Source: an uncultured bacterium
Lineage (GTDB): Bacteria > Desulfobacterota_D > UBA1144 > Nemesobacterales > UBA2774
Direction of reading: 5' to 3'
Assembly: GCA_963705505.1 (NCBI GenBank)
Contig: CAVPJU010000003.1
Coordinates: forward strand, 32,001 to 96,000
DNA length: 64,000 nucleotides
Shown here: positions 1 to 10,661 of the stretch, one piece after another
How positions within the stretch are numbered: position 1 is the stretch's first letter
How the letters are laid out: each line of letters starts with the position of its first letter
Made by a program: the position numbers and the translations under genes
Notes under the pieces: generated by a model
Databases searched by the model: none
Told to the model about the DNA's origin: nothing
What the model saw: the letters and a program-made list of their open reading frames with translations, nothing else

Positions 1-95
1 CGGGCATAGGCGCGAGCCATCAGACGGGCTGGACCGGAATCGTAGGCAAGCTCATCCGTCAGTCGGGGGAATACGGCACAATAGACGAAATATAA
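1..95 (+). CDS. 3' end of MGH1/GH63-like glycoside hydrolase (partial, runs off window start)
   Basis: Frame from nt 3 reads GIGASHQTGWTGIVGKLIRQSGEYGTIDEI*; GxGASHQTGWTG is the characteristic C-terminal motif of this family. Confidence 0.75.
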   Translation, partial: GIGASHQTGWTGIVGKLIRQSGEYGTIDEI

Positions 96-113
96 TTCTT
101 AAATATATTTAGC

Positions 114-142
114 TTGACAAATTAAGACTCATCCTTTATATT
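114..142 (+). promoter_or_regulatory. sigma70-type promoter
   Basis: TTGACA (114-119) - 17 bp - TATATT (137-142). Confidence 0.7.
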
Positions 143-147
143 AATAA

Positions 148-240
148 TGAAAGTTAAGTAACGCACTTAAAATCATCCTCCATCCTCCTTTAAAGAAGAG
201 AGGGAACACTTCCGAAAATGAGTGTTCCCTCTTTTTCTTT
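148..240 (+). ncRNA. candidate ~90-nt small RNA with tandem CCUCC motifs
   Basis: Lies between a near-consensus promoter and an intrinsic terminator; no ORF beyond 4 codons; contains CATCCTC CATCCTCC. Confidence 0.5.
199..240 (+). terminator. rho-independent terminator
   Basis: Stem AGAGGGAACACT (199-210) / AGTGTTCCCTCT (221-232) followed by TTTTCTTT. Confidence 0.8.
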
Positions 241-279
241 AGTTATGCGTCTCGGATTCAGGCAAGTACCCGCCACGGA

Positions 280-307
280 TTGAAAAATCCAAAGAACCGC
301 TTATAAT
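280..307 (+). promoter_or_regulatory. sigma70-type promoter for trhO
   Basis: TTGAAA - 16 bp - TATAAT, 65 nt upstream of ATG. Confidence 0.55.
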
Positions 308-371
308 TCTGTTCTGCGTCGATCAGACGCTATTTCAGTGAAATCCAGAATATGCACTCGATAAAAACACG

Positions 372-1283
372 ATGAACCACGTACTCATAATCCTCTTCTA
401 TAAATTTACCGACATAGCCGACCCCGAGGGGTTCGCGGCAGGGCAGAGGGAGTTCTGCGAAAAAGAGGGGCTCCTGGGGAAGATACTCGTCGCCAGAGAG
501 GGGATAAACGGCTCTTTTTCCGGATCACGGGAGCAGATAGAGGGCTATAAAATGTTCCTTACCGCCATACCGGGGTTCTCCGACATTACGTTCAAGGAAG
601 AGAGCGCATCCGCGCACCCGTTCAAGAAGCTCATTATACGTGTCAAGAAAGAGATAATACGCATGGAGCAGGACCTCGACATGAGCAGGAGGGGCAAGTA
701 TATAACCCCTGAAGAGCTCATCGCGCTCTATGAGAGCGGCGAGGACTTCATAGTACTCGACACGAGGAACAGATATGAATCGGAGGTAGGGAGGTTCAGG
801 AACGCCGTAACCCCCGACATAGATTCGTTCCGCGAATTCCCCGAAGCGCTTCAGAAACTGAGCGACAAAAAGAACAGGAAAATCGTGACCTACTGTACGG
901 GCGGGATAAGGTGCGAGAAGGCCACCGCATACATGATAAGCCGCGGGTTCACGGACGTCTACCAGCTGAAGGACGGCATAATCAACTTCTGTCAGCAGTA
1001 CCCGAATACGTTCTGGGAAGGGAAGTGCTTCGTATTCGACGAGCGGCTCGTCTCCGACATCGAAGCGGAGGGTGAAATTATTTCCCGCTGTATAGCGTGC
1101 GGGGAGAGCTCGGACCGCTATCAGAACTGCAGAAACCCCTTGTGCGACGATCTGGTTATACTGTGCGGGAGATGCAGCGAAGAGCTTGGAGGCTGCTGTT
1201 CACGGGAATGCTCGAATGACTACGAATCCTATATACTGAGGAAATCCCGCGAGAGGCAGGGGTACAAATCGAGAGCGGGCTGA
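372..1283 (+). CDS. trhO: tRNA uridine(34) hydroxylase, rhodanese-related (UPF0176/YceA)
   Basis: LFYKF, EGING, DTRNxYE, GRF, YCTGGIRCEK, WEGKCFVFDER motifs and Cys-rich C-terminus. Confidence 0.9.
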   Translation: MNHVLIILFYKFTDIADPEGFAAGQREFCEKEGLLGKILVAREGINGSFSGSREQIEGYKMFLTAIPGFSDITFKEESASAHPFKKLIIRVKKEIIRMEQDLDMSRRGKYITPEELIALYESGEDFIVLDTRNRYESEVGRFRNAVTPDIDSFREFPEALQKLSDKKNRKIVTYCTGGIRCEKATAYMISRGFTDVYQLKDGIINFCQQYPNTFWEGKCFVFDERLVSDIEAEGEIISRCIACGESSDRYQNCRNPLCDDLVILCGRCSEELGGCCSRECSNDYESYILRKSRERQGYKSRAG

Positions 1284-1292
1284 TACGATTTA

Positions 1293-1382
1293 TCAGTCCT
1301 TGATATTCTTCGCCTTGAGAAGAAGAAGCAGCACGAAAGCCAGAAGGAACAGCGCATATAAAACGGGGGCAAGAAGCTCCAT
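1293..1382 (-). CDS. putative 29-aa single-pass membrane peptide
   Basis: MELLAPVLYALFLLAFVLLLLLKAKNIKD*; hydrophobic helix plus basic tail; AGGAGG upstream but rather distant. Confidence 0.45.
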   Translation of the reverse strand: MELLAPVLYALFLLAFVLLLLLKAKNIKD

Positions 1383-1480
1383 ATCCGTTTAAATTACTCC
1401 CTCCTGTTTCAGATTTAAAAACCTCGGGGACCCTTCGTGTCGTCTCCGGGCCCCCGTCGGAACCTTATTTCTTATCCCTA

Positions 1481-4400
1481 CTATTTATCTTTTTTCTTTC
1501 CCTTGGGTTTGGATTTCTTCGCGATAAAGTTCTTGAGCTCCGTCAGGTCAGACGCGAGGAGTTCCTTTACCCTCTCGCCGTTGACTCGGGCGACGATGAT
1601 GTGCCCTATCTCCGTGTTGACCTCCTCGTATATCCCTATGGCCTTCATACCCTGGGCCTGCTTCTGGTTATCCTCAGTCGGGCTCACATAGTGTATGGAT
1701 CCGGCCTTATATCTGTGGATAAGGAACAGATGGAGCAAAGCCATGAGCCTTTTCTGCCGGAACTTCTTGTCGAAAGTGTTCTGGTCCCTGATGGACACGA
1801 AGTTGTTTCCCCAGCGGTCGTGAATCGTTGCGAAAATCACGTCCGCCACCTTGTTTCCGACCTCATCGGCTACCGAAAGCTCCAGGAGCTCCGATCCTGC
1901 CGTATGCGGCCTCAGCTTTACGCCCAGGCGTCCCGGTATGCCGTAGTGCTCGGACCAGAGCTCGAGCCAGTCCTCGAGTATCCTCGGCGGGACCTCCGTT
2001 TCGACCAGGTGCTGGACCTGTGTCGAGCCCTTGCCCATTGCGACCGTCGTCGCCGTACGGCCCGAAGAAGCGGCGAGCGCGCCGTCGAGACGCGGCCCTC
2101 CGACCAATGTCTGGGGCGTCCTGTAAGGGGAGTCGAGCAGCCTGAACTTCCTCTGGAGCCTCGCAAGGGCTAACATTCCGTCCTGCTTCAGCGCCGTCGC
2201 GAACTCCTCCGCGGCGAGCCCGTCTATCTGGTGTCCGCCGTAGGTGATAAAGTCGAATACGTAGCCGAGCTTCCCTATCTCTTTGGGGAAGTTCCTCATC
2301 TCTTCCTCGCTCATACCCGTCGTATCCCAGTTGAAGGAAGGAGACAGGTTGTAGGCGAGCATCTTGTCCGGGAACTCCGCGTGTATTGCCTCCGCGAATT
2401 CCCTCGCCTCTTCGTAGTTTGCAGTTTTAGTTTCCATCCATATCAGGTCGGCGTAAGGAGCGACGGCGAGCGATTTAGCGATGGCGTACTCTATTCCGCC
2501 CTTCACCTGATAATAGCCCTCGGGAGTCCTCGAAAGCTCGCAGTCCCATGGGGCTTCGATCCCCATCTGTTTCGCCCTGTCCCTCGCGTGCTGGTAGGAG
2601 GCGTGCTTCGCGAATTCGAACCACTCCTCTATAGTCATCCCGAGGCTCCTGCCCTCTTCTATGGCGAACTCCATCTGCTCGGCGACCGCCTGGTCATAGG
2701 TCATAAGACCGGACTCCACTTCCCAGGTCTCGACGAACTTGCTGGCTGCGTTCTCGAGCGGCTTCGTGATACTCCTTTCCTTCCCTTCCTTGAGCGCCTG
2801 AATGCTCTTGTCTATTATGGGCGTGAGGCCTACCTTGTCGAACCAGGCATAAGCCTCCTCGTATTCGTCGTCCGATATTTTGTAGAGCATGAAGCCGTTC
2901 ACATCGGTAATGCCCTTGTCATAGAATCTTTTCAGGATTGCGAGATAACAGTTCTTATATCCGGGGAGGTTCGTATTCGTAGCCCCGAGTATGAACGGCT
3001 GATCGCGCTCGTCGCCTCGTCCGTCGAGCAGATTGGCTGCTTCGGCGTCAGTCCTCGCGACGATGATTCCGGGGACCTTCATTATGTCGAGCTGGAACCG
3101 GGCGGCGTTTAACCTCTTTATCTGCTCGTCTACCGGAACGAGCGCCTTTCCGCCCTGATGGCCGCATTTTTTTGTGCCGGGCTTCTGGTCCTCAATGTGA
3201 TACCCGGTCACGCCCGCTTCGACGAACCTCTTGATAAGGTTCCTTACGTGGGCGTCTCCGCCGTGGCCCGTATCGGCGTCAGCTATTATGAACGGCCTGT
3301 AATCGACCTTCGGCGTGGCCTTCCTCTCCTTCTCCGACATCCTCGACCTCATGAACTTCTGGTTCCGGTCGGCCGTGAGCAGGGCGCGGACAAGCCCCGC
3401 GGCTTCATCGGGCACCTGGCTCAGCGGATAGCTTGCGAGGTCGGGTCCCGGGTCCTCGGAGAACGAGCCCTTTGCGGAAGTCGCCCAGCCGCCGAGGTAT
3501 ACCCCTTCGATGCCGATTCGCTTCATCGCCACGATCTGTCCCGGCGAGTAGGGGCCGAATGTCGTTATCTGCTCGCCCCTGGCGAATAGCTCTCTCAGCC
3601 TGTTGTAGAATTCCTCGGAGTATTTTCTTGCAACCGAATGGTCCGTCTCCATCGTCCCCGCCTGCTGAACGACCTGACGGGCGGAGTAAAGACGCCTGAT
3701 GCCCTTGAACCTCGGCTTCGCGAACCAGTCCTTCATTTCCCTGACTTCCCTCTCGAACGAATCGAGCTCGTCTTCGAGCGATGTGTCGAGGCGCGTGTCG
3801 GGCAGGAAGTCCAGGTTCTCCGTGATCCTGGTTCCGTCTTTCTTGAACGCGTCCATATACTGCTTTATCCTGATCTTTGCCGTTGATAGGTCGTGGTTGT
3901 TAAGGTTTATATTGAGCAGGTCTATGTACCAGGGCGTCTTTATGTTGTCGAGCACGTAAGTTTCCACTATCTCCCTCGCTATGGGGAGCGTAGTGGGCTT
4001 CGAGTCATCGTGGACGTCCTTGTCCTTTGCGGCGAGCAGCTTGTCGTATTCCTCGGCGAGGAGCCTTTCAAATAGATCGGACGTAAATATATCGCCCGCC
4101 TTGACCTCGGTCTCCTTATCGTCTTCCGTTAACACCGCCCCCTTGTCCACCCATTCCCAGAGGATGCTGAGGCGTATTTCGCCCGTGGCCATATCCTCCA
4201 TCAAATATAGTATGTCGTCGTTGCCGAAGAAATCGGCTGGCTTCAAAGCCGCCGCCTGAAATCCCTGTCCGAATGCGTTCCCGTACTGAAGCGCGACCGA
4301 CATGAGGTTCCTGGCCCCCCTTATAGTCCTGGGCGCGGGCTCGAGGAGTGTGAGACCTTCGGCGTCCTCATCCGTGTACGTGAGCGGCGGGAATTTTCTG

Positions 4401-5728
4401 CCCATCTGGTTTTCCTCTCCCGCTTCTTCCCATACCGGCCTTATTATGTGCACCATCTTCCAGTGCGCGACCCACTTTCCGCTTGCTCCCTCCTGCTGCT
4501 CCCTCTTCGCCCCCTCGACCGCCTTCTTCATGCCCTCTTTAACGCCCTTATCGGAGCCGACCGGGATGTTGGGCTCCATGCCGCCCTGCCATAGGGCGTA
4601 GTTGTGGTTGACGCTGGGAGTGTTGACAGCCCTCCTCACCCGGTCCTCGTAATTCCTCATATATCCGTATGTCATCGTTATCGATTCTATATTCGGGTTT
4701 ATGAACGACTGGTCCCATGCCATGGCGTCCGATACGCTGTTTATGTAATCCCATCTGCCTGTATTGAATCCCGCGAAATGCCTGCCGAGCGCGGCGCGTA
4801 TCTCCATAAGCTGGAATGTAGCCTCCAGCTGCTCGACGAGTACATATACCTTTATCGTGCCGAGAGGCAGGGTCAGGTGGTCCTCGAGCGCCGAAAGAAG
4901 CTCGTTCCAGAACGCGGCCTCCTCAGCCGTCTGTATCTTGGGCAGGTAGAGCACGACCGAAGAGCCGGTCTTATCGAGCTCCTGATAGTTGTTTACGACA
5001 TAAAGAACGGTGTCCACGATCGAAGCCGAAAGCATAAGACCGTTCTCGTCCCTTATGTGCCTGTCGTCCAGGTGAAGCCCCCTCGCGCGGAATATCTTTG
5101 TCGTGAACTCGAGCTGCTTTCTCCAGTCGAGAATTATTTCGTGTCCGAAAAACCCTTTCGCCCATTCGTTCATCTCCCGCGAGACCTGCTCCGCGACGTT
5201 CATGAATATGGGGTCTTTCCTTATAGCGAGTTTCAGGTTCCGCTGGTTCTCAAGCGACATCGTGTTTATCTGCCCGAGAGCGTCCTCGCCGTCGAACATC
5301 CAGCCGTCCGCCCCGGAGAGGAGCGCGTATGCCACATTCCTTATACTCTTATCAATTGAAGTGTTCGGCTTCGACGCGGGGCCCGTCCCCTGTATCCACT
5401 GCCTCTGGAGATCGTGCGGGATATCGGATCCTACGAATTTACCGTCCCGTGCGTCCTGCACCTTTATATTAGTTCTCGGTATGAAATCATTGGGGTTGAG
5501 GAACCTTATTCTTTCCCTGTTGCGGAAGCGCTGCGCCCTCCTGGAGTACCTTTTTTCCATCAGCATTTTCTGGTCTTTGTTGAATACCGAAAGCGCTTTC
5601 AGGGCCTCTAACACCTGAGGTGTATATACGTCTGAAAACTCGCTTTCGAGGTTATTCCTTATCTGAAGAGTCCTCGGACCCGAAATAACCCTGAACGGCT
5701 GTTTTGAAATATCATGAACGGTGCTCAT
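1481..5728 (-). CDS. bifunctional malate synthase - isocitrate lyase fusion (ICL2-type, with C-terminal GNAT-like extension)
   Basis: N-half MS motifs ([27 protein letters not shown]); C-half ICL motifs (DADTGHG, KKCGH at 3158-3172, [16 protein letters not shown]); one open frame of 1415 aa. Confidence 0.93.
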   Translation of the reverse strand: MSTVHDISKQPFRVISGPRTLQIRNNLESEFSDVYTPQVLEALKALSVFNKDQKMLMEKRYSRRAQRFRNRERIRFLNPNDFIPRTNIKVQDARDGKFVGSDIPHDLQRQWIQGTGPASKPNTSIDKSIRNVAYALLSGADGWMFDGEDALGQINTMSLENQRNLKLAIRKDPIFMNVAEQVSREMNEWAKGFFGHEIILDWRKQLEFTTKIFRARGLHLDDRHIRDENGLMLSASIVDTVLYVVNNYQELDKTGSSVVLYLPKIQTAEEAAFWNELLSALEDHLTLPLGTIKVYVLVEQLEATFQLMEIRAALGRHFAGFNTGRWDYINSVSDAMAWDQSFINPNIESITMTYGYMRNYEDRVRRAVNTPSVNHNYALWQGGMEPNIPVGSDKGVKEGMKKAVEGAKREQQEGASGKWVAHWKMVHIIRPVWEEAGEENQMGRKFPPLTYTDEDAEGLTLLEPAPRTIRGARNLMSVALQYGNAFGQGFQAAALKPADFFGNDDILYLMEDMATGEIRLSILWEWVDKGAVLTEDDKETEVKAGDIFTSDLFERLLAEEYDKLLAAKDKDVHDDSKPTTLPIAREIVETYVLDNIKTPWYIDLLNINLNNHDLSTAKIRIKQYMDAFKKDGTRITENLDFLPDTRLDTSLEDELDSFEREVREMKDWFAKPRFKGIRRLYSARQVVQQAGTMETDHSVARKYSEEFYNRLRELFARGEQITTFGPYSPGQIVAMKRIGIEGVYLGGWATSAKGSFSEDPGPDLASYPLSQVPDEAAGLVRALLTADRNQKFMRSRMSEKERKATPKVDYRPFIIADADTGHGGDAHVRNLIKRFVEAGVTGYHIEDQKPGTKKCGHQGGKALVPVDEQIKRLNAARFQLDIMKVPGIIVARTDAEAANLLDGRGDERDQPFILGATNTNLPGYKNCYLAILKRFYDKGITDVNGFMLYKISDDEYEEAYAWFDKVGLTPIIDKSIQALKEGKERSITKPLENAASKFVETWEVESGLMTYDQAVAEQMEFAIEEGRSLGMTIEEWFEFAKHASYQHARDRAKQMGIEAPWDCELSRTPEGYYQVKGGIEYAIAKSLAVAPYADLIWMETKTANYEEAREFAEAIHAEFPDKMLAYNLSPSFNWDTTGMSEEEMRNFPKEIGKLGYVFDFITYGGHQIDGLAAEEFATALKQDGMLALARLQRKFRLLDSPYRTPQTLVGGPRLDGALAASSGRTATTVAMGKGSTQVQHLVETEVPPRILEDWLELWSEHYGIPGRLGVKLRPHTAGSELLELSVADEVGNKVADVIFATIHDRWGNNFVSIRDQNTFDKKFRQKRLMALLHLFLIHRYKAGSIHYVSPTEDNQKQAQGMKAIGIYEEVNTEIGHIIVARVNGERVKELLASDLTELKNFIAKKSKPKGKKKDK

Positions 5729-5896
5729 GTGGCTCCTTCTCCTTACTTGGCGTTATTGCTTGCAAAATTTTAAAAAAGGGAACAATCATTATAATGCAAC
5801 CGACCTACAAATCAAATAAAAACTCAATATCCTGCCGTATTCCTTAACAATTTTAATATACGGAAGTATTTCTGCAATAGAGCGGCACACGGTCTA

Positions 5897-5914
5897 ATTG
5901 TGCGAATGCACAAT
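5897..5914. promoter_or_regulatory. palindromic candidate operator upstream of MS-ICL
   Basis: ATTGTGC-GAAT-GCACAAT, perfect 7-bp arms in an AT-rich intergenic region. Confidence 0.4.
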
Positions 5915-6116
5915 ACATGCTCAGGTCATATGTTATAGTACCCTGCCCCTTATAAAAACATTTTACCCGTTTTTATGCCCTTGTGAATTGCCCGGCGATA
6001 ATTTTTCAAAACCTTTAAATAACAAGGTGTGTCCGGTTAATTTTACTGTTGTTTTATATAAAATGATTTTATTCCGCTTTAATTAAATCCAGGAGTTATA
6101 ACTATATAGGACATTT

Positions 6117-6248
6117 ATGAGCTCGCTAAGATACGCGCAGGCCGGGGACCTCGCGCTCGCGACGGTGATAGAGCTAATCCTCGTGCCCGTCTTCTACGCG
6201 ATATTCGTGCTTGACCTCAAGATTATAAAATGGGGAAATAATAGCTAG
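6117..6248 (+). pseudogene. 43-aa ORF resembling the last TM helix and tail of an RND efflux permease
   Basis: MSSLRYAQAGDLALATVIELILVPVFYAIFVLDLKIIKWGNNS; resembles the GGL..AT..TL..VPV.Y terminus of AcrB/CzcA-family proteins. Confidence 0.55.
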
Positions 6249-6268
6249 ATCGTGTGTGCGGCATTCGA

Positions 6269-6394
6269 CCCTTCGACAGGCTCAGGGCGAACGGGTTTAA
6301 AAGATGAGACCCTAAAACGGGTTCAAGGCGACTAATCTTAATGAATGAAAGGTTACACCCCCATCCTAACCTTCCCCCTTTCTAAGGGGAAAGG
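6269..6394. repeat. cluster of three REP-like palindromic units
   Basis: CCCTTCGACAGGCTCAGGGCGAACGG; GAGACCCTAAAACGGGTTCAAGGCGAC; CCCCATCCTAACCTTCCCCC..GGGGAAAGG. Confidence 0.7.
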
Positions 6395-6504
6395 AAAGAA
6401 TAATTGTCGTAGGAGACACACAGTAATTATGGGAACAGACTATTTGTGTGAGCGCAGATTCTGCACCATAGATTGTGTGCACCTGATTCAGAAGAAGCTT
6501 TCTA

Positions 6505-7899
6505 TTATTTGAGCTCGTTCAGCTCTTTGGTTATGTTGCCCACTACGGCGCGGGCGTCGCCGAATACCATTATGGTCTTATCGTTAAAATAGAGCTCGTT
6601 CTCGATCCCCGCAAATCCCGGGTTCATGCTGCGCTTTATGACCATTATCTGCTTGGCCTTATCAACGTCGAGAATCGGCATTCCGTAAATGGGGCTCGCC
6701 GCGTCATGGCGCGCCGCCGGGTTCGTCACGTCGTTTGCGCCTATAACTAGCGCCACGTCCGCTTCCGGAAATTCGGGATTTATGTCGTCCATATCGAAAA
6801 GCACGTCGTAGGGCACGTTCGCTTCGGCAAGGAGCACGTTCATGTGCCCGGGCATCCTCCCCGCTACGGGATGTATCGCGTATTTGACGTCGGTGCCGCG
6901 CTCCTTGAGGATATCGGCCATCTCTCTTACCCCGTGCTGAGCCTGCGCGGCCGCCATTCCGTATCCGGGGACGATTATGACCGATTTCGCCTTCGCGAAT
7001 ATCTCCGCGGCCTCTTTCGGCGTGCCGGAGCGGACGGTTTTAGCGCCTGCCTCTTCGGCAGGTACTGCGGCCCCGTCAGACGGCGTTATCTTTCCGAATG
7101 CGCCGAACAGCACGTTTGTGAAAGACCGGTTCATCGCCCTGCACATGATAATTGACAGTATGAAGCCCGAGGCGCCGTCGATCGCTCCGCCGATGATCAG
7201 GATTTTATTGTTAAGCGCGAAACCCAGAAGCGCCGCTGAAATACCGGCGTACGAGTTCAATATCGATATGACAGTCGGCATGTCCGCGGCTCCTATGGGC
7301 AGGATCAGCATCACGCCGAACGTGAGGGCGAGGACAAGGCCGAGGTAGAAAAGGAAGCCGGTCGTGGGCACGAATACAAGGTAGATGACGATTAAGGCAA
7401 TAACCCCGAGGAGGGATACGTTAAAAATGTTCTGGCCTTTATACGTCCAGGGCGCTCCCGGCAGGATGCCCTGTAATTTTCCGAAGGCCATCATGCTTCC
7501 GGTGAACGTCAGGCTCCCGAGCATGACCTCCGAGCCTATGGAAGTCATTCTCACCGTATTGAGGTCCTGGCCGTGGTAATATTCCGCGATCCCGACCAGG
7601 GCCGCAGCGAGAGCTCCGAACGCATGCGATAACGCGGTTCGTTCGGGCATCTTCGTCATCGGAGTCCATGCCGCGATACCTATACCGGCTATAGAGCCTA
7701 TGATAAGGCCGACGACGATCCACTCGTAGCTTATTATTTCACTCTGTATGAGGGTCCCGATAATGGCCATGGTCATTCCGAGGGCGGCGAGTTTCTGGCC
7801 GCGCCTGGCCGTTTCGGGCGAGTTCAGACCCTTGAGTCCGAGGATGAACAGTATGGCTGATATGAGATATATTAGGTTAGTAAAAATATGGCTCGTCAT
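6505..7899 (-). CDS. pntB: NAD(P) transhydrogenase subunit beta
   Basis: IGAADMP, VPGYGMA, HPVAGRMPGHMNVLLAEA, GANDVTNPAA motifs. Confidence 0.97.
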   Translation of the reverse strand: MTSHIFTNLIYLISAILFILGLKGLNSPETARRGQKLAALGMTMAIIGTLIQSEIISYEWIVVGLIIGSIAGIGIAAWTPMTKMPERTALSHAFGALAAALVGIAEYYHGQDLNTVRMTSIGSEVMLGSLTFTGSMMAFGKLQGILPGAPWTYKGQNIFNVSLLGVIALIVIYLVFVPTTGFLFYLGLVLALTFGVMLILPIGAADMPTVISILNSYAGISAALLGFALNNKILIIGGAIDGASGFILSIIMCRAMNRSFTNVLFGAFGKITPSDGAAVPAEEAGAKTVRSGTPKEAAEIFAKAKSVIIVPGYGMAAAQAQHGVREMADILKERGTDVKYAIHPVAGRMPGHMNVLLAEANVPYDVLFDMDDINPEFPEADVALVIGANDVTNPAARHDAASPIYGMPILDVDKAKQIMVIKRSMNPGFAGIENELYFNDKTIMVFGDARAVVGNITKELNELK

Positions 7900-8198
7900 T
7901 TCTGGCTCTTGTCATCACCTTTTTTAAACATTTTCAGCATACGCTCCGTGATCAAAAATCCGCCGACTACGTTACACATCGCACAGGCAACGGCGACGGT
8001 TCCGAGTACGGTAACGACCGTGCCGTGCTTACTTCCCGCAATGAGGATCGCCGCGACTACGGAGATTGCGGATATGGCATTGGTAGCCGACATGAGCGGG
8101 GTATGGAGGAGCGGGGGCACACGCGATATAACGATAAATCCTAAAAATGCTGCAAGAATGAATATATACAATCCCGCGACTAATAGTGCTGAATCCAT
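7896..8198 (-). CDS. pntAB: NAD(P) transhydrogenase subunit alpha part 2
   Basis: VPPLLHTPLMSATNAIS, NVVGGFLITERMLKMF; overlaps pntB start. Confidence 0.95.
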   Translation of the reverse strand: MDSALLVAGLYIFILAAFLGFIVISRVPPLLHTPLMSATNAISAISVVAAILIAGSKHGTVVTVLGTVAVACAMCNVVGGFLITERMLKMFKKGDDKSQK

Positions 8199-8217
8199 GA
8201 GACGGTATCTCCTTTCT

Positions 8218-9363
8218 TTATTTCACGGCTTCTTTTATGGCCGGATGCACGATCTGTCCCCCGTGAGTTATCAGCGAACCCTTAATTATATCGTCCGCGA
8301 GGTCGATATTAGCGGACTTCCCGTCAGGCGATATCAGGTTTAAAAACGCGAGTATATTCCTCGCGTAGAGCACGCTCGCGTGGACAGGCATGTTGCTCGG
8401 AATATTGTAGAAGCCTATTATCGTTACGCCGTGTTTCACTGCTTCCTTACCGGGCTCGGAAAGCGCGCAGTTACCCCCCTGCTCCACCGCCATGTCCACG
8501 ATGACTGAGCCGGGCTTCATCTCTTTAACCATCTCTTCCGTGATAAGTATCGGGGCGCGTTTTCCGGGGATGAGCGCCGTTGTGATAATGACGTCCGCGT
8601 CCTTGGAATGCTTGCGGATCAGCTCCTGCTCGTTTTTATAAAACTCGGGCGACAGCTCTTTCGCGTAACCCCCCACGTCCTCCGCCTGCTCATGAGGGAC
8701 CTCGAGGGATACGAATTCAGCGCCCAGGCTCTTTACCTGCTCTCCCGCCGCCGGCCTTACGTCAAACGCGGTCACGACTGCTCCCAAACGCTTGGCGGTA
8801 GCGATCGCCTGAAGCCCTGCAACGCCCGCTCCTATGATGATTACCCTCGCAGGGTGTATCGTTCCCGCAGCCGTGGAGAGCATAGGAAAAAACCTGCCGC
8901 ACGCGTTTGCCGCCATCAGGACGACTTTATAACCGGCGACGGTGCTCATGGTGGAGAGTGCGTCCATGCGCTGAGCGCGCGTTATCCTCGGGACCATTTC
9001 CATGGATAAGGAGCTGATATTGTGCTCGGCGAGCTTCTTTACGACATCAGGGCTCGAAAAAGGCTGTAGAAAAGATATGACGACGGCCCCGGGTTTCATA
9101 TGGCCTATCTCGTCGGTCGTTGGCTTATTCACCTTGAGGAGCACATCGGCATCCGAGAGCACCGCGTCCCTGCCGGGGGCGATCTTCGCTCCGGATTCCT
9201 CTAATTCTCGGTCGCTGATGAAAGCCGCCTCACCAGCTCCCGCCTCGATTACCACCTCCATTCCCGCCTTCGTCATCTTGCCGACGGTCTCGGGGACGGC
9301 GGCGATCCGGCGCTCACCTTCCAATGACTCTTTAATTACTCCGACTCGCACTAGTATCTCCAC
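8218..9363 (-). CDS. pntAA: NAD(P) transhydrogenase subunit alpha part 1
   Basis: GERR, VPRITRAQ.MDALS, GAGVAGLQA, TTALIPG, GGNC motifs; GTG start uncertain by a few codons. Confidence 0.95.
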   Translation of the reverse strand: MEILVRVGVIKESLEGERRIAAVPETVGKMTKAGMEVVIEAGAGEAAFISDRELEESGAKIAPGRDAVLSDADVLLKVNKPTTDEIGHMKPGAVVISFLQPFSSPDVVKKLAEHNISSLSMEMVPRITRAQRMDALSTMSTVAGYKVVLMAANACGRFFPMLSTAAGTIHPARVIIIGAGVAGLQAIATAKRLGAVVTAFDVRPAAGEQVKSLGAEFVSLEVPHEQAEDVGGYAKELSPEFYKNEQELIRKHSKDADVIITTALIPGKRAPILITEEMVKEMKPGSVIVDMAVEQGGNCALSEPGKEAVKHGVTIIGFYNIPSNMPVHASVLYARNILAFLNLISPDGKSANIDLADDIIKGSLITHGGQIVHPAIKEAVK

Positions 9364-9616
9364 TCAGGATAAAAATCAGCGGCTTCAAATTACCTAACCT
9401 TCAATCCGCCGTCAATACCTGATATATATAATATAATCAGACACCAGATCCAAGCCCTATTTCTACGTTCCAAAAACCCAATGCTTTATGATTCTATTAG
9501 TATTTTCCAATCAGTCAAGTTTAGGAGTCCTATATGATTAAAATTAAATCTTGAGGGTCCCGGCGAGACGTATTACGAATCACGCGAAACCGCGCAGGGC
9601 CGGAGCCGCGAAGCGG

Positions 9617-9961
9617 TCATTCGTCTTTTCCGTCCCTCTTCTTTCCGGAGGCGGGGAATAGCCAGCCGAGCGATACGAGGTTGAGGAAGGTTTCGAGGAA
9701 ACCGGCTCCGGCGTTGTCGTCCCCACCGCGGTCGTCCTCGAACTCGGCGTTACGGATCACGCTCTGTATGAGCTCCTTCGCGTCCTCGTATATGTCTTCG
9801 GGGACCATAATCGTCTTCGCGTTTAACGAGCTCATATATGCGCCCGTATACATCGACCCGAAGTGCTCGTTCTGGACATAATAAGGCATATCCGAGGCCT
9901 CGAACATGCTTTTCAGGAACACGAGCTCCGACTCATCAGAAGGCGTATATAGTTTTTTCAT
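9617..9961 (-). CDS. DUF2007-like putative signal transducing protein
   Basis: MKKLYTP..E..FLKSMFEASDMPYYVQNE.....IMVPE...EDAKELI pattern; start taken at internal ATG 9961. Confidence 0.7.
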   Translation of the reverse strand: MKKLYTPSDESELVFLKSMFEASDMPYYVQNEHFGSMYTGAYMSSLNAKTIMVPEDIYEDAKELIQSVIRNAEFEDDRGGDDNAGAGFLETFLNLVSLGWLFPASGKKRDGKDE

Positions 9962-10190
9962 TTTAATACTATGAGCGCGTATTCCGCTGAAGCCCCGAAT
10001 CCATCCGCAGACGAAAACCCGGACTGTGCCGGAAACGCCGGTCAATAGCGAATAATGTACCCGAATTCTCGATACTATATAAAAGCATAAACCCGGCGGG
10101 AGCGGAAAATCCCGCACATTTAATTAAACCCGGTCTCTAAAAATGATATAATTAACTCCAATATTCGTCTATTCCCGGGAGAAAGCCGAA

Positions 10191-10661
10191 ATGCAGACAC
10201 TTGAATCGATACTGAGCGAGCACTACTGCTTTAAGGGGCTCGACAAGAAGTACCTGGATATGATCGTGAAGAAGGCGTACGACGCCAGCTTCAAGGAAGG
10301 GGATTTCATATTCCACGAGAACGATAAGGCGGACAAGCTCTACATAATCCAGGAGGGCATAGTAGCCCTCGAAACGAGACTCGCGCCCGACAGGGACCCA
10401 TTAACGATTCAAATGATCGGAGAGGGCGACGTGCTCGGGTGGGCCTGGCTGTTTCCGCCCTATTTGTGCCATTTCGACGCCAAGACCGTCGCGCCCACGC
10501 GGGCGGTCGTGCTCGACGGCACTTTTATCCGCACAAAATGCGAGGAGGACCACGACCTGGGCTACGAGCTTTTAAAAAGGTTCGCTTATATAATCCAGCA
10601 GAGGCTCCAGGCGGTGAGGCTCCAGAATCCCAACATGTACGTCGTGAAACCCAAATCCTGA
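10191..10661 (+). CDS. stand-alone cyclic nucleotide-binding (Crp-type) domain protein, no HTH
   Basis: F.EG.FIF.E...ADKLYII.EG.V and GEGDVLGW.WL; 156 aa. Confidence 0.85.
   Translation: MQTLESILSEHYCFKGLDKKYLDMIVKKAYDASFKEGDFIFHENDKADKLYIIQEGIVALETRLAPDRDPLTIQMIGEGDVLGWAWLFPPYLCHFDAKTVAPTRAVVLDGTFIRTKCEEDHDLGYELLKRFAYIIQQRLQAVRLQNPNMYVVKPKS

Noticed and set aside
147..161. Mini-ORF MKVK as a leader peptide
   Set aside because: ATG overlaps the predicted TSS, no regulatory codons, and no antiterminator evident
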